From Rhodospirillaceae bacterium (GTDB lineage: Bacteria; Pseudomonadota; Alphaproteobacteria; Rhodospirillales; CALINB01): a DNA stretch of 64,000 nt. The stretch's first letter is position 1. Each line of letters opens with the position of its first letter. The position numbers and the translations under genes are program-made. The notes beneath the pieces are model-generated. The model had not been told where the DNA came from and searched no databases. It saw nothing but the letters and a program-made list of their open reading frames with translations. Positions 29,720 through 38,969 of the stretch are shown one piece after another. The DNA is taken from NCBI GenBank assembly GCA_038114465.1, contig JAYNQW010000004.1, positions 89,528-153,527 of the forward strand, in the 5' to 3' direction.

Positions 29720-30709
29720 TTAGCTTCCCGCTTTCAGGATGCCCAACTTGATCATCAGTTTCCGGGTCGCTTTTTTACCGGCGCCGAACTCTTTATTGAG
29801 CTCCTTAGTATTGTCGTTATAGCCCGGAATCACGTGCGGCTGTTTGCTCAAATATTTTTTATAAGCTTCTGTTCCTCGAAGCTTGCTCAAAGAGCCCTTC
29901 AACGTTTTCATGGCCTCTTTCGGCGTACCTTTCCGGACCATGAAGCCTTGGAATTGGTGCGGGATCTTGTAGTTGATTCCAAGATCAGACGGCACTGGAA
30001 CGTCTTTCCAAAGCGGGTCATCCAGGCGCTTCTCATTGAGAAGCAGTAACGCCCGGGCTTTGCCGGCTTTAATATGAGAATTCCACTTGCCGGGCTGAGC
30101 AAAACCGATGATGAGGTGCTTACCAATAACGTCCTTCACGACGTCACCCGTACCTTTGTACGGCACAAACCGAACTTTGATGCCGGCAGTCTTGTGAATG
30201 AGTTCTTGGTGACGATGGTGGACAGAACCGATTTTGTTACTGCCCATAGCATATTTAAACGGCGCTTTTTTTGCCGCTTTAATCCAGTCCTTGTACGTTT
30301 TCCAAGGGCTGTCAGCATGCACGGCAATAGCATAGAGATGCTGTTCCATGACCGCGAGGATATCAAAGTCTTTTTCGCTGTACTTAAAATGCGGCAGGTT
30401 GAAATAACCCGTAAAGCTCGCACTGATGTGCAACAGTGTATGGCCGTCGTTCGGTTTATTCGCAACATAAACAACAGGCTCATGGTTGGAGCCACCGCTC
30501 TTGAACTGAACCTTAACTGGGTTTTTCAAATCTTTGCGAAGATGATCCGCAACCAAGTGACACCAAACCGCAGCACCGGAACCCGGCGATGTGGCGCAAA
30601 TGAAATCAATCGGTTTGCTTGGAAATTTCGCAGCCGCCGGACCAACGAGTCCCAACGACAAAATGCCAGCAAATGCAGACATAAGGGTAACTTTGCTTAG
30701 AGTACGCAT
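29720..30709 (-). CDS. tctC: Tripartite tricarboxylate transporter substrate-binding protein (Bug family)
   Basis: 329 aa from the ATG at 30709. Signal peptide MRTLSKVTLMSAFAGILSLGLVGPAAA, Bug-family length, followed by tctB and tctA. Confidence 0.8.
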   Translation of the reverse strand: MRTLSKVTLMSAFAGILSLGLVGPAAAKFPSKPIDFICATSPGSGAAVWCHLVADHLRKDLKNPVKVQFKSGGSNHEPVVYVANKPNDGHTLLHISASFTGYFNLPHFKYSEKDFDILAVMEQHLYAIAVHADSPWKTYKDWIKAAKKAPFKYAMGSNKIGSVHHRHQELIHKTAGIKVRFVPYKGTGDVVKDVIGKHLIIGFAQPGKWNSHIKAGKARALLLLNEKRLDDPLWKDVPVPSDLGINYKIPHQFQGFMVRKGTPKEAMKTLKGSLSKLRGTEAYKKYLSKQPHVIPGYNDNTKELNKEFGAGKKATRKLMIKLGILKAGS

Positions 30710-30856
30710 GTAAACCTCCCGTTTTCTCTTAAGCTCATTATTCAAATTTCGCCCCAGGGCTAAATCCCTGGAAAAACTTACCTTTGTTGTATCCGCCCCC
30801 TCCCCGGGTTGGCAACTCATATTTGCCCTCAATTTCCCGGGGAAAGCGCATTTTTC

Positions 30857-31504
30857 CTACTTTTTCGGGCCGAATCCCTTCTCGAAATGGGGCCCGCTCA
30901 TGGTGCCGTCGATGGCTTTACCGATGATTCCGTGGGATAAATCCTTCATGGCAATAAATATGACATCCTCTTTGCTGGTTGAAACCATCGTATGAGGCGC
31001 ATTTGCCGGGACGTATATCAACGTGCCAGCCGGAGCCAGCGATTTTTTCCCGTTAATCACACACCGGAGGGTGCCCTGAACCACGAAGTTGAACTGCTCG
31101 TTGGGGTGCGAGTGCATCCGCGAGCCAGTTCCACGGGGCTTGCGAATGTAGCCGATGAGCATCCGCTCACCCTCGACAACACCGCCGTGAGACGTGGAAT
31201 AACCTGTCCCCGCCGGAACTTTCTTAAGCTTGGCGAAGGGGAAATAATATTTACCGCGGCCGGCTTTAACTGCACCTTCGGTTTTCGTCTTACGGGACGA
31301 TTTTTTCTTCGCGGCTTTCCGCTTTGCCGGTTTTTTCTTAGCAGTCTTTTTTGCTGTTTTTCTTTTTGCCGGTTTACGGGCCGTTTTCTTCTTAGCCGGT
31401 TTTCTTTTTACGGAACGCTTTGCCGTTTTTTTAGCAACTTTTCTCTTCGACTTTTTCACCACTGTTTTTCTTTTTCTCGTCGTCTTTTTCGCTCGTTTTG
31501 CCAC
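30857..31504 (-). CDS. Cupin-domain protein with N-terminal histone-H1/AlgP-like Lys/Ala-rich tail
   Basis: 215 aa. GTG start 9 nt downstream of an AAGGAG SD. Residues 2-76 are K/R/A/T low complexity (AKKTAKRSVKRKPAKKKTARKPAKRKTAKKTAKKKPAKRKAAKKK). The C-terminal cupin has GTGSRMHSHPNEQFNFVVQG and GTLIYVPANAPH. Confidence 0.8.
   Translation of the reverse strand: MAKRAKKTTRKRKTVVKKSKRKVAKKTAKRSVKRKPAKKKTARKPAKRKTAKKTAKKKPAKRKAAKKKSSRKTKTEGAVKAGRGKYYFPFAKLKKVPAGTGYSTSHGGVVEGERMLIGYIRKPRGTGSRMHSHPNEQFNFVVQGTLRCVINGKKSLAPAGTLIYVPANAPHTMVSTSKEDVIFIAMKDLSHGIIGKAIDGTMSGPHFEKGFGPKK
31276..31501 (-). repeat. Lys/Ala-rich low-complexity coding repeat (degenerate AAG/AAA/GCx periodicity)
   Basis: Degenerate short repeats visible in the DNA (gccggtttt / ctttttgc units) encode the KKxAKK tail of the cupin gene. 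Confidence 0.7.
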
Positions 31505-31675
31505 GGGTATTTTCTCCTTTAGAGTGGTTTATTTCAAAAAAGGCTATCGGTTCATTAAGTGAACCGTCATTGCATTACACTTTACTCGAAACGGTTTCGA
31601 CACTCAAATTTTAAGATCACCTAAAATGGCGAACTTAAATTGACAGATTCATCCTTTCAGGGTTTGTATGAATTT

Positions 31676-33424
31676 ATGGAAAACCTCGCAGAAATTGAAA
31701 AGATTGAAACCGATGTCTTGATCATCGGCGCCGGTGTTGCCGGTATGATATCGGCGGAAGGTGCGATACGTTGCGGCATCGTGCCTTCCGTAATTACGAA
31801 AGGGACATATGCTTCTGGCAGTTCATCTATGGCCCGCGGTGGTCATTCTATTGCGATCGGCCATTCGAACCCGGACGATAACCCTGAAATTTTTTTCGAA
31901 GACACCCTCAAGGGTGGCTATGGGCTTAACAACCCAAGGCTCGCAAAAATCATGTGCGAGGAAGCCACGGACCGGACATTAGAACTTGATGCCTGGGGCC
32001 TCGGTTTAGCCAGAACCGAAGATGGCCGCTACGATCAAAAGCAAGGCGCCTATCCCCATCGGTTTGCCCGTCTCGTCCATTGTGGCCGCTTGATGGGAAA
32101 GCCCCTCATGGCGGCGCTTTCCAAAAAAACCAAAGGTGATGGTGTCGATCCACTTCAGCATGTGATGCTTGTCGATCTGCTGAAGGATGGCGATCGCGTT
32201 GTTGGCGCGTGGGGCTTTCGATATCGCGAAGGGGTTCCCATCGTTATTCACGCCCGCTCAACGGTTCTAACGACGGGCGGTGCGCCGCAAATTCATGAAC
32301 TCAACGATTCTCCGCCGACGATCACCGGCGACGGCTACGCCATGGCACTGCAAGCCGGTGCTGAACTGATCGACATGGAATTCATCGACTATCAGATGAT
32401 TACGGCAGCCCCACCAAAACTTGCCGGGTATCCACCCCACGCCAGCGGCTTTCTCAATGAGGGCGGATATTTAATCAACAAAGACGGCGAGCGGTTCATG
32501 GCCAAGTACGATCCCGACAAAATGGAACGCTCAACACGTTCCCTTTTGAACCGGGCCGTTGCCATGGAACTTTTCGAGGGCCGTGGAACCGAAAACAATG
32601 CCGTCTGTGTCGACATTCGCCATGTCTTTGAAGAAGCAAACCATGGAGCCTCCGGCGATATTATCGCCATGTTCAAAAAAAGCGGCGTGGATATGGAAAA
32701 CGGATTCCTGGAAGTAACCAGTGGCCCGCACACCTATCTCGGCGGTGTACGCATTGATGAATGGGGCCGCACATCTGTACCGGGACTATATGCGGGCGGT
32801 GAAGCCGCTGGCGGCATTCATGGCGCCAACCGGCTCGGCGGTGCCGCGCTGATCGATAGTTACGTCTTCGGATTTCGCTCGGGTATTACCGCGGCATGCG
32901 AAAGCCGCGAAACAGACCAGCCTGACCCGAACAGTGGCGGATGGCAATCTATCATGGAAGACTTTGCCGAACGCTATCACCGAAAAGAAACCTCGCTTAC
33001 GGTTGACGATTGGAGACGCGAAATCCAAACAGAGATCGTTAAAAATATCGGCCAAGTCCGAAGTGCGGACAGGCTTCAGCAAGGACTGGACCGACTTGAC
33101 GAATTAGAAAAATCATTTGATGAAATCGGCGTTAGCGGAGATACCGTTCGTGAACGATGTGACAATCTCCGCAAAATTTATGAAACCCAAAAACTGATTC
33201 AAGTCGCACGGATGCTCGGCACCGCCGCATTGCATAGGGAAGAAAGCCGGGGCGGCCATTTCCGGGTTGATTTCCCAGAACAAGATGATGAAAATTTTCT
33301 CGGCAACATTGTGCTGAGAGCTGAAAACGGTGGCATTCAACACGAGCTTCGACCGGTACCGAGCTTAACTGATGAGGCACCCCTGCCCCCCGGCGTCATT
33401 CCGACACAGGCTAAGGTCGCGTAA
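31676..33424 (+). CDS. FAD-dependent oxidoreductase of the fumarate reductase/succinate dehydrogenase/L-aspartate oxidase flavoprotein family
   Basis: About 582 aa from the ATG at 31676 (the track starts at a TTG at 31640). DVLIIGAGVAGM dinucleotide fold and GLYAGGEAAGGIHGANRLGG. There is no adjacent Fe-S or membrane-anchor subunit. Confidence 0.75.
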   Translation: MENLAEIEKIETDVLIIGAGVAGMISAEGAIRCGIVPSVITKGTYASGSSSMARGGHSIAIGHSNPDDNPEIFFEDTLKGGYGLNNPRLAKIMCEEATDRTLELDAWGLGLARTEDGRYDQKQGAYPHRFARLVHCGRLMGKPLMAALSKKTKGDGVDPLQHVMLVDLLKDGDRVVGAWGFRYREGVPIVIHARSTVLTTGGAPQIHELNDSPPTITGDGYAMALQAGAELIDMEFIDYQMITAAPPKLAGYPPHASGFLNEGGYLINKDGERFMAKYDPDKMERSTRSLLNRAVAMELFEGRGTENNAVCVDIRHVFEEANHGASGDIIAMFKKSGVDMENGFLEVTSGPHTYLGGVRIDEWGRTSVPGLYAGGEAAGGIHGANRLGGAALIDSYVFGFRSGITAACESRETDQPDPNSGGWQSIMEDFAERYHRKETSLTVDDWRREIQTEIVKNIGQVRSADRLQQGLDRLDELEKSFDEIGVSGDTVRERCDNLRKIYETQKLIQVARMLGTAALHREESRGGHFRVDFPEQDDENFLGNIVLRAENGGIQHELRPVPSLTDEAPLPPGVIPTQAKVA

Positions 33425-33430
33425 CGCCAA

Positions 33431-35173
33431 TCAGTGAATTTCAGGTTCCGGTGTCGGCGCACCCGCTTCGAGATAATCAAAATCACACCCCTGATCCGCT
33501 TGGCCGATATGATCCAAGAACATCTTGGTGTAACCACGCTCATAAACAGGGGCTGGTTTTTTCCATTTCGCCCGGCGCGCTTCTAGTTCTTTATCGGATA
33601 TATCGAGGTGAATGCGGCGCTGATCAACATCGACCTCAATAAAATCGCCTGTCTCGACAAACGCCAGTGGTCCGCCGATGTGTGACTCCGGTGCAACATG
33701 CAGAATACAAGCACCGTAACTGGTACCGCTCATGCGCGAGTCCGAGATCCGCAGCATGTCGCGCACGCCTTGCTTCAGTAATTTCTTCGGAATTGGCATC
33801 ATGCCCCATTCCGGCATGCCCGGACCGCCTTGCGGACCGGCTTTTTGCAGGACCAAAACCGAGTCTTCCGTAACTTCAAGATCGTCGCGATCAATTTCAG
33901 CCGCCATGTGGTTATAGTCACGAAACACAAGCGCCGGGCCTCTGTGTTTCAGGTATTTTTGATCGGCGGCAGCGGGCTTCATCACACAACCATCCGGCGC
34001 CAGATTGCCGTAAAGCACCGCCGTCGCCCCTTCGGCATAAATCGGATCGCTTAAAGGGTGAATCACATCGGACCGGTGAACTTTTGCAGTCTTGATATCT
34101 TCGCCTAACGTTTGGCCGCTGACAGTTTTGCACGAAAGTTTCAATAGGCTTTTTATTTCACTTAACACGGCGGGTAGGCCGCCTGCCGCGTGGAACTCTT
34201 CCATGAGAAACTCACCCGACGGCTTGATATTCGCAATGACCGGTGTCGTGCGCGAAATTTCATCGAAACGCTTTAGGGACATCTGCAAGCCGGCACGCCG
34301 GGCCATCGCAATGATATGTATGATAGCGTTTGTCGAACCGCCAAGCGCCATGTGAACGGCAATACCGTTATCGAATGAATCCTGCGTCAAGATGTCGCTT
34401 GGCTTGAGGTCTTCCCAAACCATATCGACGATACGCCGGCCGGATTCCGTAGCCATGCGTTTATGACTTGAATCCGGCGCCGGGATAGAAGAAGCGCCCG
34501 TTAACGTCAGGCCGATTGTTTCCGTCACCGCCGTCATTGTCGATGCTGTCCCCATGACCTGACAATGGCCGTACGAGCGTGCAATACCGCTTTCGATATC
34601 CTCCCAATCTTTTTCCGTGATATTGCCGGCACGAAGTTCGGCCCAATATTTCCAGGTACTGGTCCCCATACCCAGGGCTTCACCACGCCATTGACCGCCG
34701 AGCATGGGGCCCGCTGGCACAAAGATGGCTGGCAAATTCATGCTTAACGCGCCCATCACAAGCCCAGGCGTTGTTTTATCGCATCCACCAAGCAAAACAG
34801 CGCCGTCAACCGGGTGCGAGCGCAATAATTCTTCCGTCTCCATCGCCAAAAAATTTCGGTAGAGCATCGTCGTTGGTTTAACGAAAGGCTCAGATAATGA
34901 AATCGCCGGCAGTTCGATTGGAAACCCGCCAGCCTGAAGAACGCCTTTTTTAACTTCTTCCGCCCGCTGGCGGAGGTGGGTATGACAAGGGTTGATGTCG
35001 CTCCAAGTATTGATAATCCCGATCACCGGTTTACCGATAAAATCGTCGCGATCATGGCCGATTTGCTTCAAACGCGCCCGGTGCGCAAAGGAACGCAGGT
35101 CGGTCGCGCCGAACCATCGATGGCTCCGTAAATCTTCCGGCTTCATTTTTAGTTTCTTTTTAGGCATTCTCAT
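33431..35173 (-). CDS. IlvD/Edd-family dehydratase (sugar-acid/dihydroxy-acid dehydratase)
   Basis: 580 aa. LRSHRWFG, GIINTWSDINPCHTHL and LLGGCDKTTPG Fe-S ligand regions. The start is uncertain (Met1, Met3 or Met10). Confidence 0.85.
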   Translation of the reverse strand: MRMPKKKLKMKPEDLRSHRWFGATDLRSFAHRARLKQIGHDRDDFIGKPVIGIINTWSDINPCHTHLRQRAEEVKKGVLQAGGFPIELPAISLSEPFVKPTTMLYRNFLAMETEELLRSHPVDGAVLLGGCDKTTPGLVMGALSMNLPAIFVPAGPMLGGQWRGEALGMGTSTWKYWAELRAGNITEKDWEDIESGIARSYGHCQVMGTASTMTAVTETIGLTLTGASSIPAPDSSHKRMATESGRRIVDMVWEDLKPSDILTQDSFDNGIAVHMALGGSTNAIIHIIAMARRAGLQMSLKRFDEISRTTPVIANIKPSGEFLMEEFHAAGGLPAVLSEIKSLLKLSCKTVSGQTLGEDIKTAKVHRSDVIHPLSDPIYAEGATAVLYGNLAPDGCVMKPAAADQKYLKHRGPALVFRDYNHMAAEIDRDDLEVTEDSVLVLQKAGPQGGPGMPEWGMMPIPKKLLKQGVRDMLRISDSRMSGTSYGACILHVAPESHIGGPLAFVETGDFIEVDVDQRRIHLDISDKELEARRAKWKKPAPVYERGYTKMFLDHIGQADQGCDFDYLEAGAPTPEPEIH

Positions 35174-35209
35174 TCCGTCGACTGGTTGAATTAGCTAAAA
35201 CTAAGCATA

Positions 35210-36088
35210 ATGCCTAAACATTTGACAGAACAACAGATCACTCGTTACCGCGCCGATGGATTTCTCCATCCCTTTGAAGCTTTTTCTTCGGCGCAGGCAG
35301 CGAAATACCGCGATCATATCGATGCCTATGAAAAGCAAATCGGCGGTTCAGCGATGGGCTTCAAAGGTAAGTATCGCGCTAATCCTCATTTGTTGTGTCC
35401 ATGGGCCGACACGTTGGTTCGTTTGCCATCCATTGTCGATCTGGTTGAGGACCTGATCGGTCCCGACATTCTCTTATTTTCAAGCCGGTTTTTTATCAAA
35501 GAGCCCCACTCACCCGAAAATGCCGCATGGCATCAGGATGCGCCCTATATCGGCCTCAGGCCCTATGATGCCGTTTACGCCTGGGTAGCGATTTCTGATG
35601 TTCCCTTAGAAAGTGGGCCGCTGGAGTTGTTGAAAGGCAGTCATATTCGCGGCTTCCTCGATCATAAAGCCAACATGGTGGAACATAGTCTCACGGCAAG
35701 CGGCCAAGCCATCGTCGATAAAATCGATATGAGCGCACGCGAAACGGTTGTTTTAAAAGCTGGCCAGTTTTCTTTTCACCACACCTGCTGTGCCCATCAA
35801 TCGGGTGCGAACAATTCAGACATCCGCCGTATCGGAATCGCTTTAAATTACATACCGACACATGTCCGTCATTATGGCCCCGGCCCCATGCCGGCTACGT
35901 TGATTCGCGGTGAGGACACATACAGACATTTTGATCTTAAGCCGTCGCCGAAGACGAATTTCGATGATGAGGCCGTTGCCTGCCACGCCCAGGCTTTTGA
36001 AATCTGGAACCGAAATTATTTTGAACAAATGCGCCGGGCTGATGCCCACGATACGCCCTCTTCACCGGGCGCGGCCGTTCCCGCATAA
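35210..36088 (+). CDS. Phytanoyl-CoA dioxygenase (PhyH) family Fe(II)/2OG oxygenase
   Basis: 292 aa. YRADGFLHPFEAFS N-terminus, AAWHQDAPY (H-x-D), distal FHHTCCAHQSGAN. Confidence 0.75.
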   Translation: MPKHLTEQQITRYRADGFLHPFEAFSSAQAAKYRDHIDAYEKQIGGSAMGFKGKYRANPHLLCPWADTLVRLPSIVDLVEDLIGPDILLFSSRFFIKEPHSPENAAWHQDAPYIGLRPYDAVYAWVAISDVPLESGPLELLKGSHIRGFLDHKANMVEHSLTASGQAIVDKIDMSARETVVLKAGQFSFHHTCCAHQSGANNSDIRRIGIALNYIPTHVRHYGPGPMPATLIRGEDTYRHFDLKPSPKTNFDDEAVACHAQAFEIWNRNYFEQMRRADAHDTPSSPGAAVPA

Positions 36089-36110
36089 TATTTAAAGCCA
36101 AAATTGCCCT

Positions 36111-36138
36111 AAAAACCCGAAGAATTAAGGGTTTTTTT
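36111..36138 (+). terminator. Weak rho-independent terminator after the PhyH-family gene
   Basis: AAAAACCC (36111-36118) pairs with GGGTTTTT (36129-36136) and is followed by a T run. The stem is AT-rich. Confidence 0.4.
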
Positions 36139-36241
36139 GCCTCTATGGCCGTTGCGGCCCCCCGAGCCATTGTTTATAGTGACCGCAAATTTCCAAGGCA
36201 GAAAACAAAATCCACCTGCCCACATAAACAAAGGTTTTTTT

Positions 36242-36257
36242 ATCCCCCTGAGGGGAT
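36242..36257. promoter_or_regulatory. Inverted repeat ATCCCC-N4-GGGGAT just upstream of the IclR-family gene
   Basis: Perfect 6-bp arms, 22 bp upstream of the ATG at 36279. It could be an operator or a 5'-UTR hairpin. Confidence 0.25.
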
Positions 36258-36278
36258 CCAGTTGGAGGAAGTGATCGG

Positions 36279-37052
36279 ATGAAGCCGGTCCGTTCTGTCG
36301 AGCGCGCAATCGCTATTTTATTCCTGGTTGTTCAAAGCGACCGGCCGATGGGGCTTTCTGAAATTAGCCGGACCATCGGCCTCGACAAGGCAACGTCGCT
36401 GCGGCTTCTGTCCACATTGGCCTCGGCCAAACTTGTCCAACAGGACGCGATTACGCGACGGTATATGCCTGGAGCCAATATCTCGAGGTTATACAGTTCT
36501 TGGCGAAGCGATCTCCGGCATATCAGCCGGCCGCATTTGGAGCCGCTTTTACGCCAAGTTCAGGAATCTGTTTGTCTGGTTTGTCCGCGCGGCACCGAAC
36601 GGGTCACAATTGAAGCAATTGCCGCCTCCCATGAACTCTGCGTTGTCCCGGCCATTGGGAGCGCCGTGCCGATTTACGCCGGCGCATCGGGCCAAGTTCT
36701 TATGGCCTACTTGCCGGAGTCCGAGCGGGAACGCATTATCAAGGCGACAAACTTGCACCCGGTCGTTCCGGGATCGGGTTCGGATCGAAAATCATATCTT
36801 GCGAAACTTGAAAAAGTCCGTAACCAGGGCTTTGCTTACAGCATTGGCGATGTAACGCCGGGCGGCTCCGCTATATCAGCGCCGGTGTTTGACTCCGATG
36901 CAAACATTGTTGCCACTGTTGTGGTTCGAGGACCGCAAACACGGCTTATGGAAAAAGAGCTAATTGCAATGGCGCCCCATGTGATAAAGACGGCCAGCGA
37001 CATTAGTCAGGAATTAGGATATGGGCATTTGCAAAAAGCAGCGATGAGTTGA
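36279..37052 (+). CDS. IclR-family transcriptional regulator
   Basis: 257 aa. N-terminal wHTH (SVERAIAILFLVVQSDRPMGLSEISRTIGLDKATSLRLLSTL) plus a C-terminal IclR effector domain. Confidence 0.85.
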   Translation: MKPVRSVERAIAILFLVVQSDRPMGLSEISRTIGLDKATSLRLLSTLASAKLVQQDAITRRYMPGANISRLYSSWRSDLRHISRPHLEPLLRQVQESVCLVCPRGTERVTIEAIAASHELCVVPAIGSAVPIYAGASGQVLMAYLPESERERIIKATNLHPVVPGSGSDRKSYLAKLEKVRNQGFAYSIGDVTPGGSAISAPVFDSDANIVATVVVRGPQTRLMEKELIAMAPHVIKTASDISQELGYGHLQKAAMS

Positions 37053-37118
37053 TATCGATCGACGTTCCATACCATACAGTCCCCTATTTAAAATTCTGGA
37101 TAACGAGGAAAAGACACC

Positions 37119-38897
37119 ATGAAAATGACGACGGAAGAAGCATTTGTAAAAGTACTGCAAAGGCATGGTATCGAGCATGCTTTCGGCATTATCGGGTCGG
37201 CGATGATGCCGGTTTCCGATTTGTTTCCGAAAGCAGGTATTACGTTTTGGGACTGCGCGCATGAGTGCAATGCCGGAATGATGTCCGACGGCTTTACGCG
37301 CTCCAGCGGCAAAATGAGCATGATGATTGCGCAAAACGGCCCGGGCATTACGAACTTTGTGACACCGGTCAAAACTGCGTATTGGAATCACACCCCGCTT
37401 CTCCTCGTCACACCGCAAGCCGCGAATAAAACAATGGGCCAAGGCGGTTTCCAGGAAATTCCGCAAATGGCCGTGTTTGAAGACATGGTTTGTTATCAAG
37501 AAGAGGTTCTGGATCCGTCACGCGTCGCCGAAGTGCTCAATCGGGTAATTGAACAAGCATGGCGCGGCAGCGCACCGGCACAAATCAACGTACCGCGTGA
37601 TTTTTGGACGCAGGTCATTGATATTGAGTTGCCCGAAACGATTAAAATCGAACCATCCGCCGGCGGCAGCGCTTCTATTAAGGAAGCTGCCAAAATACTG
37701 TCGGAAGCTAAGTTTCCCGTAATTTTGAACGGCGCGGGCGTTGTCTTAAGCGGCGGCATTCCCGCTTCGGCCGCCTTAGCTGAGAAACTGAGCGCACCGG
37801 TATGTTGTGGTTATCAGCACAACGACGCCTTCCCCGGCAGCCACCCGCTGTCCGTCGGCCCGCTTGGCTATAATGGATCAAAAGCGGCTATGGAGCTCAT
37901 TTCCAAGGCCGACGTCGTATTGGCGTTAGGAACACGCCTGAACCCGTTTTCGACATTGCCCGGCTATGGAATTGATTATTGGCCGAAAGACGCCAAAGTC
38001 ATTCAGGTTGATATGAACGCAGACCGGATTGGCCTCACGAAAAAAGTCACCGTTGCAATCCAGGGTGATGCTCGGTTGGTTGCCGAGCAGTTAGCCAAAA
38101 GTGTCGCGCCTACAGCCGATAAGAAATCGCGCGAAGACCGCGAGGCCTTAATCCATCAAACCCGTTCGGCCTGGCAACAGCAACTTTCTTCAATGGATCA
38201 TGAAGACGACGATCCAGGCACGACATGGAATGAACGCTGCCGCAAACGCGAGCCCGAAAAAATGTCGGCGCGCATGGCCTGGCGGGCGATTCAAGCCGCC
38301 CTGCCGCAGGAAGCGATTATTTCATCCGATATCGGCAATAACTGCGCGATCGGCAATGCCTATCCGACCTTCGAAGAGGGCCGCAAATACCTCGCACCGG
38401 GCTTGTTCGGGCCATGTGGCTACGGCTTTCCGGCTATTCTGGGTGCGAAAATTGCATGTCCCGATACACCCGTCGTCGGATTTGCCGGTGATGGCGCATT
38501 TGGTATTTCCATGAATGAAATGACCGCCTGTGGCCGCGATCCGTGGCCGCCGATTACAATGGTCATTTTCCGCAACTACCAATGGGGTGCGGAAAAACGC
38601 AACACGACACTCTGGTTTGACGATAACTTCGTCGGTACCGAGCTCGATCTCGATGTCAAATATGCCGACATCGCCAAGGCCTGCGGAGTGAATGGCGTAC
38701 AGGTCAGCACCATGGAAGAGTTGACCGAGCAACTGGCTAAAGCGATCGATGCGCAAATGAAGGATAAGAAAACAACCTTCCTGGAAGTCTTGTTAAATCA
38801 AGAACTCGGCGAGCCATTCCGGCGCGATGCCATGAAAAAACCGGTCACGGTTGCCGATATCGATCCTAAAGATATGCGGCCACAGCAAACGGCTTAA
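37119..38897 (+). CDS. xsc: Sulfoacetaldehyde acetyltransferase (ThDP-dependent)
   Basis: 592 aa. The N-terminus MKMTTEEAFVKVLQRHGIEHAFGIIGSAMMPVSDLFPKAGITFWDCAHE... is one I recognise as characteristic of Xsc. ThDP motif GFAGDGAFGISMNE. This is recognition from memory, not a search. Confidence 0.8.
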   Translation: MKMTTEEAFVKVLQRHGIEHAFGIIGSAMMPVSDLFPKAGITFWDCAHECNAGMMSDGFTRSSGKMSMMIAQNGPGITNFVTPVKTAYWNHTPLLLVTPQAANKTMGQGGFQEIPQMAVFEDMVCYQEEVLDPSRVAEVLNRVIEQAWRGSAPAQINVPRDFWTQVIDIELPETIKIEPSAGGSASIKEAAKILSEAKFPVILNGAGVVLSGGIPASAALAEKLSAPVCCGYQHNDAFPGSHPLSVGPLGYNGSKAAMELISKADVVLALGTRLNPFSTLPGYGIDYWPKDAKVIQVDMNADRIGLTKKVTVAIQGDARLVAEQLAKSVAPTADKKSREDREALIHQTRSAWQQQLSSMDHEDDDPGTTWNERCRKREPEKMSARMAWRAIQAALPQEAIISSDIGNNCAIGNAYPTFEEGRKYLAPGLFGPCGYGFPAILGAKIACPDTPVVGFAGDGAFGISMNEMTACGRDPWPPITMVIFRNYQWGAEKRNTTLWFDDNFVGTELDLDVKYADIAKACGVNGVQVSTMEELTEQLAKAIDAQMKDKKTTFLEVLLNQELGEPFRRDAMKKPVTVADIDPKDMRPQQTA

Positions 38898-38910
38898 AGC
38901 TGTTACCGCT

Positions 38911-38952
38911 AAAAAAAGTAAAAGGCCGCGATCTGATCGCGGCCTTTTTTTT
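38911..38952. terminator. Bidirectional rho-independent terminator between convergent xsc and the dehydrogenase gene
   Basis: GGCCGCGAT (38924-38932), loop CTG, ATCGCGGCC (38936-38944). An A-rich run lies upstream and T8 downstream. Confidence 0.85.
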
Positions 38953-38969
38953 GTGTGTTATAATTTTTC

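Noticed and set aside
30074-30700. 208-aa + strand ORF here, plus the 176-aa ORF at 30992..31522 and the 200-aa ORF at 41591..42193
   Set aside because: All three are antisense to strongly supported genes (tctC, the K-tail cupin, the HpcH aldolase). Their translations are Arg/Phe/Ser-rich mirror images of Lys/Ala-rich or GC-rich coding sequence.
31276-31501. Short degenerate repeats considered as a CRISPR-like or minisatellite array
   Set aside because: The units are irregular and have no spacer structure. They translate in one long frame into a KKxAKK low-complexity tail continuous with a cupin domain, so this is coding low complexity rather than a repeat array.
36328-36855. 175-aa alternative-frame ORF inside the IclR-family gene
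   Set aside because: It is on the same strand but out of frame with a gene that shows a clear wHTH plus IclR effector domain. Its product is Arg/Pro/Ser-rich with no motif.
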